From Escherichia phage vB_EcoM_REC: 64,000 nt of DNA. The notes beneath the pieces were generated by a model. It ran no database searches. It was not told the DNA's origin and was given only the letters and a program-made list of their open reading frames with translations. Of the stretch, positions 1 through 9,601 are shown one piece after another. The DNA lies in the sequence record OM386667.1; one strand, given 5' to 3'. The translations under genes were made by a program, and so were the position numbers. Position 1 is the first letter of the stretch, and every line of letters starts with the position of its first letter.

Positions 1-255
1 TATATTGTTGAAGATTCTTTCCCTAATGTGGAAACTCTAACCCACTTTTATAAAGAATTGGAATCTTTCAATGGTGAAAGATCTACAGCCACTATTAAAG
101 ATGACATTCCCGATGCTGCTGCTTCTTGTTTCAATACTCTGTCAAAAGAGAATACTTTTAAGGCAGTAGCTATCCCTACAACAACAAATGCTCCTACAGG
201 ATACAGTAGAATGAACAGCGGATTTCACCAACCGTATAGTGTCCGTAAAAGATAA
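1..255 (+). CDS. 3' end of an upstream gene (partial, product unknown; position fits a terminase or other head gene)
   Basis: Reading frame 1 is open from the window edge to TAA at 253-255; no motif recognised. Confidence 0.3.
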   Translation, partial: YIVEDSFPNVETLTHFYKELESFNGERSTATIKDDIPDAAASCFNTLSKENTFKAVAIPTTTNAPTGYSRMNSGFHQPYSVRKR

Positions 256-258
256 TTG

Positions 259-287
259 TTGACAAAAGTCACTTTAAAGTGTATTAT
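259..287 (+). promoter_or_regulatory. sigma70-like promoter candidate (TTGACA, 17 nt spacer, TATTAT)
   Basis: -35 TTGACA at 259-264 and -10 TATTAT at 282-287, upstream of portal-like gene. Confidence 0.4.
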
Positions 288-356
288 AACTAGATAGGTG
301 AGGTTGTATATAATACAGCCTTGCCTTAACGATTTTATACCTGACTGGAGGAACAA

Positions 357-1922
357 GTGTCAACAGGAAAAAGAACGTACACTAAAAAGTCAGAATACTG
401 GGACAAAGGTGCTGCAAATAAAGCTGCTCTCTCTCCAACAAAAGAAGCAGAGAAAGAGAAAACGTTACTCCTGTCACCTGAAATAGGAACGATCGGATTA
501 AACTCAATCAAAGCATTTACGAATTTCATGCAGCCTTATGAGACTCGTTTCCCAGAATGTATTCGAACTTTTAAAGAGATGGGTGAAGACCCTGATGTAG
601 CTACTGCTCTTGATGCTACGTATATCTTTGTAGATAGAGCATTCTTTGATTTTAAGATAAAATACAATGTAAGCTCGGCAAAGTCAAGAAAAGCTGCTAA
701 GTTTATCGATTATATGTTACGTAATATGCAAGCCCCTCTACGTCAATATGTTAGATCACTTTTGACATATAAGCAATACGGGTTTGCATTCGCAGAAAAA
801 GTTTATGAGTTGGATGAAGATCCTAAGAGTCCTTACTTTGGGTATTGGCGATTAACTAAGCTGGCTTTTAGACCACAAGATACTCTTCACATGGCTCAAC
901 CTTTTACATATTCGGCAGACGGACGTTCTATCTTGTCTGTTAACCAGAATATCACCAATACAATGTTAGCCCCAGGTAATACAACTTTAGAAACTGGTAT
1001 TAAAGAAATTCCTTTCAGTAAAGTTTTATTTGTTGGTAGCAACATTACAGAGAATAACCCACTAGGAGTTAGTCCGCTTTTAGCTGTATATCGTAGCTGG
1101 CGTGAAAAATCTCTTATTCAGGAATTTGAGGTTATTGGGGTATCTAAAGATTTAGGCGGTATGCCAGTTCTTAAGGTTCCAAGTGACATTCTAAACAGGG
1201 CATCTTTAGATCCTGCTGGGGATGAAGCACAATCTCTTCGAGTTCTCCAAGCCAACATCGCTAACCTGCACTCTGGTGAGCAAGCCTACATGGTATTGCC
1301 TTCAGACGTTTATGAAGGTACAGTGATGCGTCAATACGATCTTGTATTCCAAGGTGTTGATGGCACGGGTAAACAGTTTGACACTCAAGCACTAATCAAA
1401 CAACGCAAACTAGATATTTATAACCGCTTTGGTGCGGGTGTGTTGATTATGGGTGATGGTGATGCAGGAAGTTTTGCGCTTTCTGACAACAAACAAACAC
1501 TATTGTCTCATTTTATTGAGCGAGATGTAGATATTGTTGTAGAAGCTATAAACTCTCAACTAATCCCTCAAACACTACGACTAAACAATATCTTCCTTTC
1601 TGATGAAGATATGCCTAAGTTTGTCAGTGGTGAAATGGGTGATCCTGATATTGAAGTAAATGCTAAAGCTATTCAACAGTTGGTAGCCTCTGGTGCAATA
1701 CCTTTAACCCCAGAAGTTATTAACGAGTTCCTTGAAAAAATTGGTTTTGAATATCGCATCCCTGACGATATTGTTGCCAATAAAGAGAAATTCTTTGAAT
1801 TCATGGATAACTATATGCCTGACAAAACTTCACGATCAGGAGATGGTTTAGCTACAGCAGGGACTGGAACATCTGATACTGTTTCTGCTTTAGATCCTTC
1901 AGCACAAAACCTGTCGAATTAA
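357..1922 (+). CDS. putative portal protein
   Basis: 521 aa ORF with GTG start after GGAGG RBS; first gene of the head module upstream of scaffold, decoration and capsid genes; size typical of portals; no direct motif match. Confidence 0.5.
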   Translation: MSTGKRTYTKKSEYWDKGAANKAALSPTKEAEKEKTLLLSPEIGTIGLNSIKAFTNFMQPYETRFPECIRTFKEMGEDPDVATALDATYIFVDRAFFDFKIKYNVSSAKSRKAAKFIDYMLRNMQAPLRQYVRSLLTYKQYGFAFAEKVYELDEDPKSPYFGYWRLTKLAFRPQDTLHMAQPFTYSADGRSILSVNQNITNTMLAPGNTTLETGIKEIPFSKVLFVGSNITENNPLGVSPLLAVYRSWREKSLIQEFEVIGVSKDLGGMPVLKVPSDILNRASLDPAGDEAQSLRVLQANIANLHSGEQAYMVLPSDVYEGTVMRQYDLVFQGVDGTGKQFDTQALIKQRKLDIYNRFGAGVLIMGDGDAGSFALSDNKQTLLSHFIERDVDIVVEAINSQLIPQTLRLNNIFLSDEDMPKFVSGEMGDPDIEVNAKAIQQLVASGAIPLTPEVINEFLEKIGFEYRIPDDIVANKEKFFEFMDNYMPDKTSRSGDGLATAGTGTSDTVSALDPSAQNLSN

Positions 1923-1950
1923 AAATATTTAATATTTTTTAATTTTTCTA

Positions 1951-1979
1951 TTGACAAAACAACAAATATCCTGTAGACT
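1951..1979 (+). promoter_or_regulatory. sigma70-like promoter candidate (TTGACA, 17 nt spacer, TAGACT) with A/T-rich upstream tract
   Basis: -35 TTGACA 1951-1956, -10 TAGACT 1974-1979, A/T-rich UP-like stretch 1921-1950. Confidence 0.4.
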
Positions 1980-2015
1980 AAGATTTATGGGATATCTGTT
2001 TTTAAGAGGTTTCAA

Positions 2016-2495
2016 ATGGAACTCAATAAAGATACACTGTGGGAACTCTTCAAAACCTTCGCTGGTTTTAAAGAGAATTCTGAATCCCAACAAGATTCTA
2101 TACCATCTCAAAAACCTGAAACTTTAGTCAAACAAAATAAATTTGATGAAGAAAAGATGCAGGTTATTGAGGTCTTGTATTGTCCACCTGAAGAAGACGA
2201 TCTCCACGGAGAGCGCATGTCTGATTTGGAAATCAGGAAGATGGTTGACAACTTCAATGAGAATATTACCAACATTAGTGGTAATCTTGGTCACATGAAG
2301 AACACCGATAAGTTTTCTCCAATTAAAGCTTGGGTAAATGAAGTTGATTGTTACATTGGTGACGAACTCGTTGTGGAAGGAACTCCCCTCGTTAAAATCC
2401 AATTCAACGACCCTGAATTATATCAAGCTCGTAAAGACGGCGTTCTTAAAGGTTTGAGTATAGGCGCAATGGGCGTTAAAGTCAAGAAGGACTAA
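2016..2495 (+). CDS. head morphogenesis protein, possibly prohead protease-like
   Basis: 159 aa ORF between portal-like and scaffold-like genes; C-terminal GLSIG motif weakly resembles the Ser motif of HK97-type prohead proteases. Confidence 0.3.
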   Translation: MELNKDTLWELFKTFAGFKENSESQQDSIPSQKPETLVKQNKFDEEKMQVIEVLYCPPEEDDLHGERMSDLEIRKMVDNFNENITNISGNLGHMKNTDKFSPIKAWVNEVDCYIGDELVVEGTPLVKIQFNDPELYQARKDGVLKGLSIGAMGVKVKKD

Positions 2496-2497
2496 TC

Positions 2498-3613
2498 GTG
2501 GCAAATACATATTTAACTAACGTAGACTTTTCAGGAAAAGCTACGGAAGAGTCACTAGGTGCTCATATTGCTTACACTTTTGATTTTCAAGGTGGAGCGG
2601 CATCTGGTTATAATACCCCCCTTTTATTTAAGTCAGACGGATCTCCAGACATAACTTTTGAAAAGTTAGAAGCTCTCACTAAAATGGGAGAAGATGTTAC
2701 AGAGTTACGTAAAAGCTATATTCAACAAGTGATGGATCGCATTTCTGAAAAAGTGCGTGAAAAATTTGAAGCTGGTTGGGATTGGGTTTACGTTATTGAT
2801 GCTGACTTCGATGCGAACGTTGCAATTTTCTGTTCAGATAACGGTATGTTCTCTGTTGGCTTTAAAGTTGACGGACTGAATGTTGAAGTTGAAGAGGTTG
2901 CTAAACCTGTTGTTCGTGTTACTGATTATCAAGTTGTTGATGGTGATGTAATGATCTCCATTGATTTCTTTGAGGACGTTTTAGACGATGCTTTGAGTAA
3001 TCTCGTTAAGAGTTCCTTGAAACAAAGTCAAGTTAAAGATTATTTAGTGAAAGCTCACGCTAAAGCTAATACAAACTCTGTGGATGCAGAGGCTAACCCC
3101 GCAGGTGATAAATCTGCAAACACAACTGGAATCAATAAAGGAGAAACCCCTTTGGAAAATATCAACAAAGAAGAATTCCTGAAATCTGCTGAATTCCAAG
3201 AACTGATGAAAGCACAGATCGCTGAAGCTGTAGAAAAAGCAGCCGCAGATGCACGTGCAGCCGCAGAACTTGAAGCACAGGAAAAAATCGCTAAGGCAGA
3301 ACAGGAAGCAGAAGAACTTCGTAAAGCTGAACAAGCTCGTATCGAAGAAGAATATACAACTGTTGTTAAATCCTATTCTTTCGTAGAAGAAGACAAAGTT
3401 GAAGCTCTCGTTAAATATCTGGTAGATAATAAAGATATCGCTGAAACTATCGTCAAAGCATTCGAAAAAGCACGTGCAGAAGTGGACGCAGTTAAGAAAG
3501 AATTTGGAGCAGAACGTGGTGTTGATGTGATCAATACTCAACCTGTAGCTAAATCTTCTTCTGAACTGATTAGTCAGAAAGCTGCTGAACTTAAAAAAGC
3601 CCAGAAACAATAA
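2498..3613 (+). CDS. putative capsid scaffolding protein
   Basis: 371 aa; C-terminal half is an Ala/Glu/Lys-rich predicted coiled coil (AEAVEKAAADARAAAELEAQEKIAKAEQEAEELRKAEQ); sits directly upstream of decoration and capsid genes. Confidence 0.55.
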   Translation: MANTYLTNVDFSGKATEESLGAHIAYTFDFQGGAASGYNTPLLFKSDGSPDITFEKLEALTKMGEDVTELRKSYIQQVMDRISEKVREKFEAGWDWVYVIDADFDANVAIFCSDNGMFSVGFKVDGLNVEVEEVAKPVVRVTDYQVVDGDVMISIDFFEDVLDDALSNLVKSSLKQSQVKDYLVKAHAKANTNSVDAEANPAGDKSANTTGINKGETPLENINKEEFLKSAEFQELMKAQIAEAVEKAAADARAAAELEAQEKIAKAEQEAEELRKAEQARIEEEYTTVVKSYSFVEEDKVEALVKYLVDNKDIAETIVKAFEKARAEVDAVKKEFGAERGVDVINTQPVAKSSSELISQKAAELKKAQKQ

Positions 3614-3632
3614 TCTTAGGAGATTAAATTAA

Positions 3633-4031
3633 ATGGCTAAAGGAATTACTTTATCTAACTCTCGCCAGGAATTCGGACACCTGGTTCTGGGTGGAGTGTT
3701 TAGCTCTGACCTTGGACACTGTGTACGTGAAGTTAACCTGGTTAAAACAGCAACCATGAAAATTGGTTCTATCCTGAAAGCTGACAACACTGAAGCTGCT
3801 AAAGCTGAAGCTGCCGATGCTGCTAAAGTTCTGATTTGGACTGATGCTCTGTTCGGTATTGATGATGTAGCAGTAGGTGACACTTTCACCGCAGTTGTTG
3901 GCGTACGTGATCTTACTCTGAACCGCTTTGCAGTATACTACAAAGATGGCTCCCTGGTAGATGACGCTGGCGTAGCAGCACTGGAAACACATGATCTGAA
4001 ACTGACCGAAAAAGTCGTTTTCACTTCTTAA
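3633..4031 (+). CDS. head decoration protein (lambda gpD-like)
   Basis: 132 aa immediately upstream of the major capsid gene, as in lambda D-E; Gly/Ala/Val-rich C-terminal half resembles gpD family. Confidence 0.5.
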   Translation: MAKGITLSNSRQEFGHLVLGGVFSSDLGHCVREVNLVKTATMKIGSILKADNTEAAKAEAADAAKVLIWTDALFGIDDVAVGDTFTAVVGVRDLTLNRFAVYYKDGSLVDDAGVAALETHDLKLTEKVVFTS

Positions 4032-4052
4032 TTTTAATAGGAGATTAATATA

Positions 4053-5054
4053 ATGCCAGCAGTAATTTTAGATCAGGTTGTAGATTTCAGCCCTATGATC
4101 GAACTTCAGGATTCCCCTGATACACTGATTGCCAGCCTGAATCTGTTCAGCGTTGACTATCATTCAACTACCGCTATTGAAATCGGTAAAGAAAAAGCTG
4201 AAGATGCGCTGATCTCCGCTCGTGAGCGTGGTGGTGAGCGTAACTTCCTGACCATGAAAAATCCAGAACTGAAAGCGTTCCGTATTCCGTTCTTCCCTCT
4301 GGATAAAAACATCAAAGCTCAAGATATTCAATCTTTCCGTAGCTTTGCGATGGCAGGAATCAATGACTCTCTGCGCACAGACGCTGAAGTTGTTAACCGC
4401 TATATGTCCCAGATTCTGCGTGACGTAGCAAAAACCAAAGAGAAAATCTTTGCAGAAGCAGTTATGGGTCGTGCCTATAACGGCGTAGGTGGTGCAGCTA
4501 ACTCTGCATACAACTGGTATACCGAGTGGAATGCTACCCAGAAATCTGTTGCTGTAGACTTTGCTTCTACCACTGTTTCTCCAGCAGCCACTATCGAGCA
4601 AGAAGCTCGTGCTTACATCATCGATACTAAACAAGATGGCTCTACCGCTACTCGTATCGTAGCTCTGTGTTCTCGTGAATTTTTCGCATCTCTGGTTAAC
4701 TCTCCATTTGTTCGCCAGGCATATCAGTATTTCCAAGGAACTCCTAACCTTCTGCGTGACCGCCTTAGCGGTAACATGGATGTTCAGGTGTTCGAATGGA
4801 ACGGTGTAACTTACATTGAAGATATCCACGGTAACATCCCTGCTGGTGAAGCATATGTTCTGCCTATGGGTATCGAAGGTATGTTCCAGGCGCACTACGC
4901 TCCTGCGGATACTCCAGAACTGGCTAACACCCAGGCTCGTGAACTGTATACCTTCATGATCAGCCAGCACCGCACCATTCAGCTTCAGTCTGAATTCTCG
5001 CTGCTCGCAGTTAACACCCGTCCAGAACTGGTAGTTAAACTGACTACGGCTTAA
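4053..5054 (+). CDS. major capsid protein (lambda gpE-like)
   Basis: 333 aa; C-terminal region LANTQARELYTF is close to the lambda gpE motif LGNTQARGLRTYG; strong RBS GGAGA; followed by a terminator. Confidence 0.8.
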   Translation: MPAVILDQVVDFSPMIELQDSPDTLIASLNLFSVDYHSTTAIEIGKEKAEDALISARERGGERNFLTMKNPELKAFRIPFFPLDKNIKAQDIQSFRSFAMAGINDSLRTDAEVVNRYMSQILRDVAKTKEKIFAEAVMGRAYNGVGGAANSAYNWYTEWNATQKSVAVDFASTTVSPAATIEQEARAYIIDTKQDGSTATRIVALCSREFFASLVNSPFVRQAYQYFQGTPNLLRDRLSGNMDVQVFEWNGVTYIEDIHGNIPAGEAYVLPMGIEGMFQAHYAPADTPELANTQARELYTFMISQHRTIQLQSEFSLLAVNTRPELVVKLTTA

Positions 5055-5074
5055 CAGAACTCTGTTAATATTAG

Positions 5075-5108
5075 AGGCTCGTCCGTGATGGGCGAGCCTT
5101 TTCTGTTT
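5075..5108 (+). terminator. rho-independent terminator after capsid gene
   Basis: Stem AGGCTCG/CGAGCCT followed by TTTTCTGTTT; a second perfect 8-bp palindrome TTAACAGA-ac-TCTGTTAA at 5051-5068 overlaps the stop codon. Confidence 0.6.
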
Positions 5109-5138
5109 ACAACAAGAGTTTACAATGAGGAGATTGAT

Positions 5139-5483
5139 ATGTCAAACCCAGAATTGAAACGTTACTTTAGTTATCACGAAATGATTCGTGATTTCGAATC
5201 GCTTTCACCACTGATTGATGCTGATAAAACATTAGTATCTGCGCCACCAATGTCTTTCTATCTGAAAGATGGTCGTATTGCATTAGGTGGAAACTTCATT
5301 CACTTCCTCACACGTTTGAGAGAAGAAACAGGTATTCTTGTGCATCCTTTTGCAAGTGAAGAACACATGGGTTACTATCTTGTAAGTTACGAAGATTATG
5401 CACCTGTAAAAATCAAAGAAGAAGTTTTAAAAGTAGAAGCGGTAGACACTCCAGCTAAAAAACGTTCCCTTCGTAAAAAATAA
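5139..5483 (+). CDS. hypothetical head/neck protein
   Basis: ORF 5085-5483 trimmed to the ATG at 5139, which has a GAGGAG RBS and avoids the upstream terminator. Confidence 0.4.
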   Translation: MSNPELKRYFSYHEMIRDFESLSPLIDADKTLVSAPPMSFYLKDGRIALGGNFIHFLTRLREETGILVHPFASEEHMGYYLVSYEDYAPVKIKEEVLKVEAVDTPAKKRSLRKK

Positions 5484-5492
5484 GGTGGGCTT

Positions 5493-6041
5493 ATGCTGAA
5501 TGCGGTAGAGTTGGCACCACTGATCCGAATTCTTGTTTATAACCCTTCTCAAGAAGTATTGCCAGATGCAATGCTGATTCAGATCATCCAGACTTGGATT
5601 GATATTATAGGGAATGAAGATAAGGATAAGTGTGCAGTATTGTGGAACAGCTTGATTTCTGTTTTAGAGTATTTATGGAACAACGATGTTCTTAATAACA
5701 ATACTCAAACAGGAGGGGCTATGTCTCGCAGAGAAAAGATGGGTGAAGTCGAAGTTGAAGTTAAATTTAACAACGGTCAAGTAACTTATAAGTCTCCGTG
5801 GGAAGATATTTATCATAACTATTTAAATGGTCTTATGGTTATTCCTGGGTGCACGGCAGGACGAGGAGCAACCAGTAAAGTTCTTATTGGTGGTGTTGAT
5901 GCTCGTGAGATTGATCGAGTAAACAGCGATCCTAACTCTGTAAATGGTCTTGGTAATGTTGCAAGTGTTGATCGTAATACACGCAACGTTAATTATTTGC
6001 GAAATTATGGACCTGTTTCTTTTTATCGTAGGGACAAATAA
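5493..6041 (+). CDS. hypothetical head-tail joining protein
   Basis: 182 aa ORF in a tightly packed structural operon between capsid and sheath genes. Confidence 0.4.
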   Translation: MLNAVELAPLIRILVYNPSQEVLPDAMLIQIIQTWIDIIGNEDKDKCAVLWNSLISVLEYLWNNDVLNNNTQTGGAMSRREKMGEVEVEVKFNNGQVTYKSPWEDIYHNYLNGLMVIPGCTAGRGATSKVLIGGVDAREIDRVNSDPNSVNGLGNVASVDRNTRNVNYLRNYGPVSFYRRDK

Positions 6042-6529
6042 TGGAAAGTGAGATCTTACCAGGTGATGATACGGATTGGGAAACCATTATCAAAAAGATG
6101 ATGGACCTTGAACAAGTTCAAATCGAAGCTGGTTTTTTAACAAACAAAAGGCATCCTGAATCAGATCTCACTATTCCTGCAATAGCAGCTATTCAACAAT
6201 ATGGTAATGAAACAAATAACATACCTGCTCGCCCTTTTATAACAGATGGCGCTGTTATCTCACAGAACAATATCGCTAAAAAGATGAAGCAGGTGTTTGC
6301 AAATTACTTAATGAATAATGTCGGGTTAGCTGTTTTTGAGCCTATAGCGAGAGCCTCTAGAGAAGGAATAGCTCAAGCGATTGCAATGCAACGTTATCGT
6401 CCTTTATCTCCTGTGACAATTAAGATACGACAAGATAAAGGCAACTATTCTAATCATATCTTAATAGATACGGCACACATGATAAATGCAATCGAAACAA
6501 AAATCACAAAAAGCAAGTCTAAAAAATAA
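6041..6529 (+). CDS. hypothetical head-tail connector/neck protein
   Basis: 162 aa ORF, start overlaps the preceding stop (translational coupling). Confidence 0.4.
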   Translation: MESEILPGDDTDWETIIKKMMDLEQVQIEAGFLTNKRHPESDLTIPAIAAIQQYGNETNNIPARPFITDGAVISQNNIAKKMKQVFANYLMNNVGLAVFEPIARASREGIAQAIAMQRYRPLSPVTIKIRQDKGNYSNHILIDTAHMINAIETKITKSKSKK

Positions 6530-6574
6530 CTTGCATAAACTTTGTTTTTGATGTATACTAAAAAGGAGATACAA

Positions 6575-6991
6575 GTGTTACTAGATCAATTTACTCTCCT
6601 TGATCTAACTGAATACCAAGGTCGTAGACGAGTCTACAAAGAGGCGGTTGGTTCAGTTATTGCTAACTTAGAAAGTAGTGTAGAATATGAACCATTTACT
6701 ATTGAAGCGGCAAGCTTACAACCGATATCTGGTAAAACACTGAATGCACTACCTGAAGGTTACAGATCTAAGGCTCAATATAGTTTCTGGACTAAAACAG
6801 AAATGAAGGGGTTACAACAAGGAACAGAACAGTTATCAGATCAGATATTGATAGATGGTAAATGGTATTCTGTTTATTCCCTTAAAAATTGGACCAGAAC
6901 ATCTTTCTTAGTCCATCATCACTGTGTTGCAATATTAGACGATCAAAACAACTCCTGGTCTTATGGAACAGAAGGAGGAAACTTTGGCTAA
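6575..6991 (+). CDS. hypothetical neck/tail completion protein
   Basis: ORF 6542-6991; the GTG at 6575 is preferred because of the AAGGAG RBS at 6563-6568. Confidence 0.35.
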   Translation: MLLDQFTLLDLTEYQGRRRVYKEAVGSVIANLESSVEYEPFTIEAASLQPISGKTLNALPEGYRSKAQYSFWTKTEMKGLQQGTEQLSDQILIDGKWYSVYSLKNWTRTSFLVHHHCVAILDDQNNSWSYGTEGGNFG

Positions 6992-7622
6992 TATTTACCA
7001 ACAAATAGAAGCATACGAAAATGCCATCTACTTAAATATAGGTGGCTTCCTTCAAGAATTAGTGGGGTTGCCAGTCTATGTTATGGATAAGCCATTCATT
7101 AAACCGGATACTCCTTACCTAGCACTACGTATTATCACTTCCAGCGATTCTGGAGGTTGGTCTTACCGAAGCTCTATTCAAAATGATATGTATTCCTACG
7201 AGATGGATAATACCTACGAGATTGAACTTGTAGCCTATCGTGGAAGACCTACCACTTTGATGAGCTATGTTCTGGCTGCTCTCCGTGGTGCAGAGGAATT
7301 AAAATACAAACATCTCTATTCTAAAGGTCTTGGTTTTTTAGGAGCCTCTAATATAGCTCAAGCCAATACGATTGTAGACGGAGATAAGACTGAATTAAGA
7401 GCGCGTATGGTTATGACGTTCAACACTCGTATGAGTATTGAAGATATTGCTACTACACCAATAGAAGCAATCAACATGCACATCCGTTCATTCAGAGATA
7501 GTTACAATGATCCTATCCCTTTAGATTTAATTCTAAACAGGGTTTATGCAATTACTTTGGTTCCAGGCGAATACTCGTCAGTTAATCAAAATGGATCATT
7601 ATTTAACAACCCTACCGAATAA
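6963..7622 (+). CDS. hypothetical tail terminator/completion protein
   Basis: 219 aa ORF immediately upstream of the sheath gene. Confidence 0.4.
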   Translation: MEQKEETLANIYQQIEAYENAIYLNIGGFLQELVGLPVYVMDKPFIKPDTPYLALRIITSSDSGGWSYRSSIQNDMYSYEMDNTYEIELVAYRGRPTTLMSYVLAALRGAEELKYKHLYSKGLGFLGASNIAQANTIVDGDKTELRARMVMTFNTRMSIEDIATTPIEAINMHIRSFRDSYNDPIPLDLILNRVYAITLVPGEYSSVNQNGSLFNNPTE

Positions 7623-7656
7623 ACTCATTGGAATTAAGTTTCTAACAGGAGCATAA

Positions 7657-9030
7657 ATGGCAACTTTTCGTGAAAAGGTAGCAACCGTAACTTTACTGTA
7701 TGGTGCTACATCAATTCGTGAAACCCAGTTCGATATTCCTCTGATCCTTACAGGTCAGAACGTAACTGGCGAAGCGATTCAATATTACTCTTCTTCCGAT
7801 GCACTTTTGGAAGCAGGTTATGGATTAAATGATCCAGCGTATATTATGGCAGTCAAACTGTTTAACGGTTTGTTCCCACCAGATCAAGTCATGGTTGGTA
7901 AGCGTGAAGTTACAAACTTTACTCTAACTCCAATCGTAGAAGATAGTGCAACTTACACAATTACCATCAAAAATGGTACCAAGAAAAAAGAATTTAAATT
8001 CATTGCTGATGACACTGCAACTGCACAAGAGATTGTAGTTGGTCTGACTGAAATGATCAATGCAGATCTTGTTTATGGCCCACTGTTTACAGTAGCTAAC
8101 AACGGCGCTGCAATGACTTTCACTCCAGTAGAAGGTAAGTTTGGTTCTATTGACAGCACAGGTTTCACTCAAGAAACTGTCTATGCTAATGCTATTACGG
8201 AAGATATTGCTGCTCTGCATGATATTGATAGTAGCTGGTTCTGGACCCTTTCAGATTCCCATGAAACAGAAGATATTCTAGCTTTGGCTGCATGGGTAGA
8301 AGAGAATGATAAAGTTTACTTCTTCTCTAGTTCTGAACCTGGAATTAAAACGAAAGCAGAAGATAACGTTCTGGAACGACTGAATGACCTCGGTTATAAT
8401 AACACTTGCTTTGCATTGTGGATGACCGATGCAGATTCTGTATTCCCAGAAGCAGCAGTTGTTGGTGCTATCTGTTCTCGTCAACCTGGTTTAACTACCC
8501 TTCACGGTAAAACACTGGTAGGCGTAGAGATCGAGAAACTGGATCAGACTTCGGAAAACAATATTGTTCAACAGAACGGTAACATCTATCGTAAAGAGCA
8601 TGGAACTCTGTTCTATCGTGATGGATTGATGGTTAGCGGTTTCTTTGTTGACTATGTTGTTCATGCTTTGTGGTTTAAAGCTCGCACAGAAGAATCACTG
8701 TTTACACTGTTTAAACAACAGTCTATGCTGGGTGGTGGTGTTCGTGCTACTTCAAACGGTCTGGCTTTGATTCGACAAGCTGTTCTGGCTAACCCGATCC
8801 AAGTAGGTATCCTCAACGGTTCCATCGCTAATGAAGTTGTTACTTCTGAAGAGACTGGTTTGCGTGTCGATCTGAAACCTATTGTTTATATTCCTTCTCG
8901 TGCCGATATGACCGATGCGCAAATCAATGCTCGTCTGGTTGATGGGATGAAGATTGAATATGTTTACGCTGGCTTCTTCCATTACGTTAAAGTTCAGGTC
9001 AACGTCCTGACTAACCGTACTGCAAACTAA
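7657..9030 (+). CDS. tail sheath protein
   Basis: 457 aa; position directly upstream of tube, chaperone and tape-measure genes; strong RBS; followed by a terminator. Confidence 0.65.
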   Translation: MATFREKVATVTLLYGATSIRETQFDIPLILTGQNVTGEAIQYYSSSDALLEAGYGLNDPAYIMAVKLFNGLFPPDQVMVGKREVTNFTLTPIVEDSATYTITIKNGTKKKEFKFIADDTATAQEIVVGLTEMINADLVYGPLFTVANNGAAMTFTPVEGKFGSIDSTGFTQETVYANAITEDIAALHDIDSSWFWTLSDSHETEDILALAAWVEENDKVYFFSSSEPGIKTKAEDNVLERLNDLGYNNTCFALWMTDADSVFPEAAVVGAICSRQPGLTTLHGKTLVGVEIEKLDQTSENNIVQQNGNIYRKEHGTLFYRDGLMVSGFFVDYVVHALWFKARTEESLFTLFKQQSMLGGGVRATSNGLALIRQAVLANPIQVGILNGSIANEVVTSEETGLRVDLKPIVYIPSRADMTDAQINARLVDGMKIEYVYAGFFHYVKVQVNVLTNRTAN

Positions 9031-9035
9031 TACGG

Positions 9036-9056
9036 CGGGGGTTAAGCCCCCGTTAT
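9036..9056 (+). terminator. rho-independent terminator after sheath gene
   Basis: Stem CGGGGG/CCCCCG with loop TTAAG, then T-rich tract. Confidence 0.5.
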
Positions 9057-9076
9057 CAAAATAAAGAGGATCTATA

Positions 9077-9556
9077 ATGGATAAAATGCTTACTGGCGTA
9101 ATGGCCTACGACCCATCTCAAGTTATCCTTTCATTAGGTGGTTGGGAACCGTGGGGTTTTGCGGCTGATACTAAAATCGTTATTGCTAAATCTAACGATA
9201 TTATCAACCCTTATTCAGGGACTGATGGGGACGTTTCATTAGCTTTGAGTCGTAACCGTTTGGGAACACTCACAATGTCTTTGCAACGCACATCTCCAGC
9301 TAACGAAGTACTTGCAACATATGCACAAACAATGTATTCTACTCGTCAAGTAGCATTCAGTGTTTACTTGGAAGACCCACGTGGCTATTACATTAGCACG
9401 ATTGGATGGATTCAAAGTCAGCCTGAAGATACTATTGGCGAAATGATTACAGAGAACCAATGGGTTATTGGTCTTAAAGATGCAAGCCTTCTGCGTAATG
9501 AAGTTGGTGTAGGTTTGAGCACCCTTAACTCAATCTCTGCTCTGACAATTCAATAA
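9077..9556 (+). CDS. tail tube protein
   Basis: 159 aa ORF between sheath and chaperone genes; AAGAGGA RBS. Confidence 0.6.
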   Translation: MDKMLTGVMAYDPSQVILSLGGWEPWGFAADTKIVIAKSNDIINPYSGTDGDVSLALSRNRLGTLTMSLQRTSPANEVLATYAQTMYSTRQVAFSVYLEDPRGYYISTIGWIQSQPEDTIGEMITENQWVIGLKDASLLRNEVGVGLSTLNSISALTIQ

Positions 9557-9562
9557 TAAATA

Positions 9563-9583
9563 AAGGGCAGAAATGCCCTTTTT
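9563..9583 (+). terminator. rho-independent terminator after tube gene
   Basis: Stem AAGGGCA/TGCCCTT, loop GAAA, then TTTTT. Confidence 0.7.
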
Positions 9584-9601
9584 ATCATTAGAGAGGAAAA
9601 T

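Noticed and set aside
3044-3610. 188-aa minus-strand ORF rich in Phe/Cys/Ser
   Set aside because: Lies antisense within the scaffold gene; low-complexity translation of the complement of an A/G-rich coding strand; no RBS.
4164-4970. 268-aa minus-strand ORF
   Set aside because: Entirely antisense to the well-supported major capsid gene; no start context.
357-5054. T4-like head module (gp20 portal, gp23 capsid)
   Set aside because: The portal-like protein does not resemble T4 gp20, and the capsid protein carries the lambda gpE-type NTQAR motif instead.
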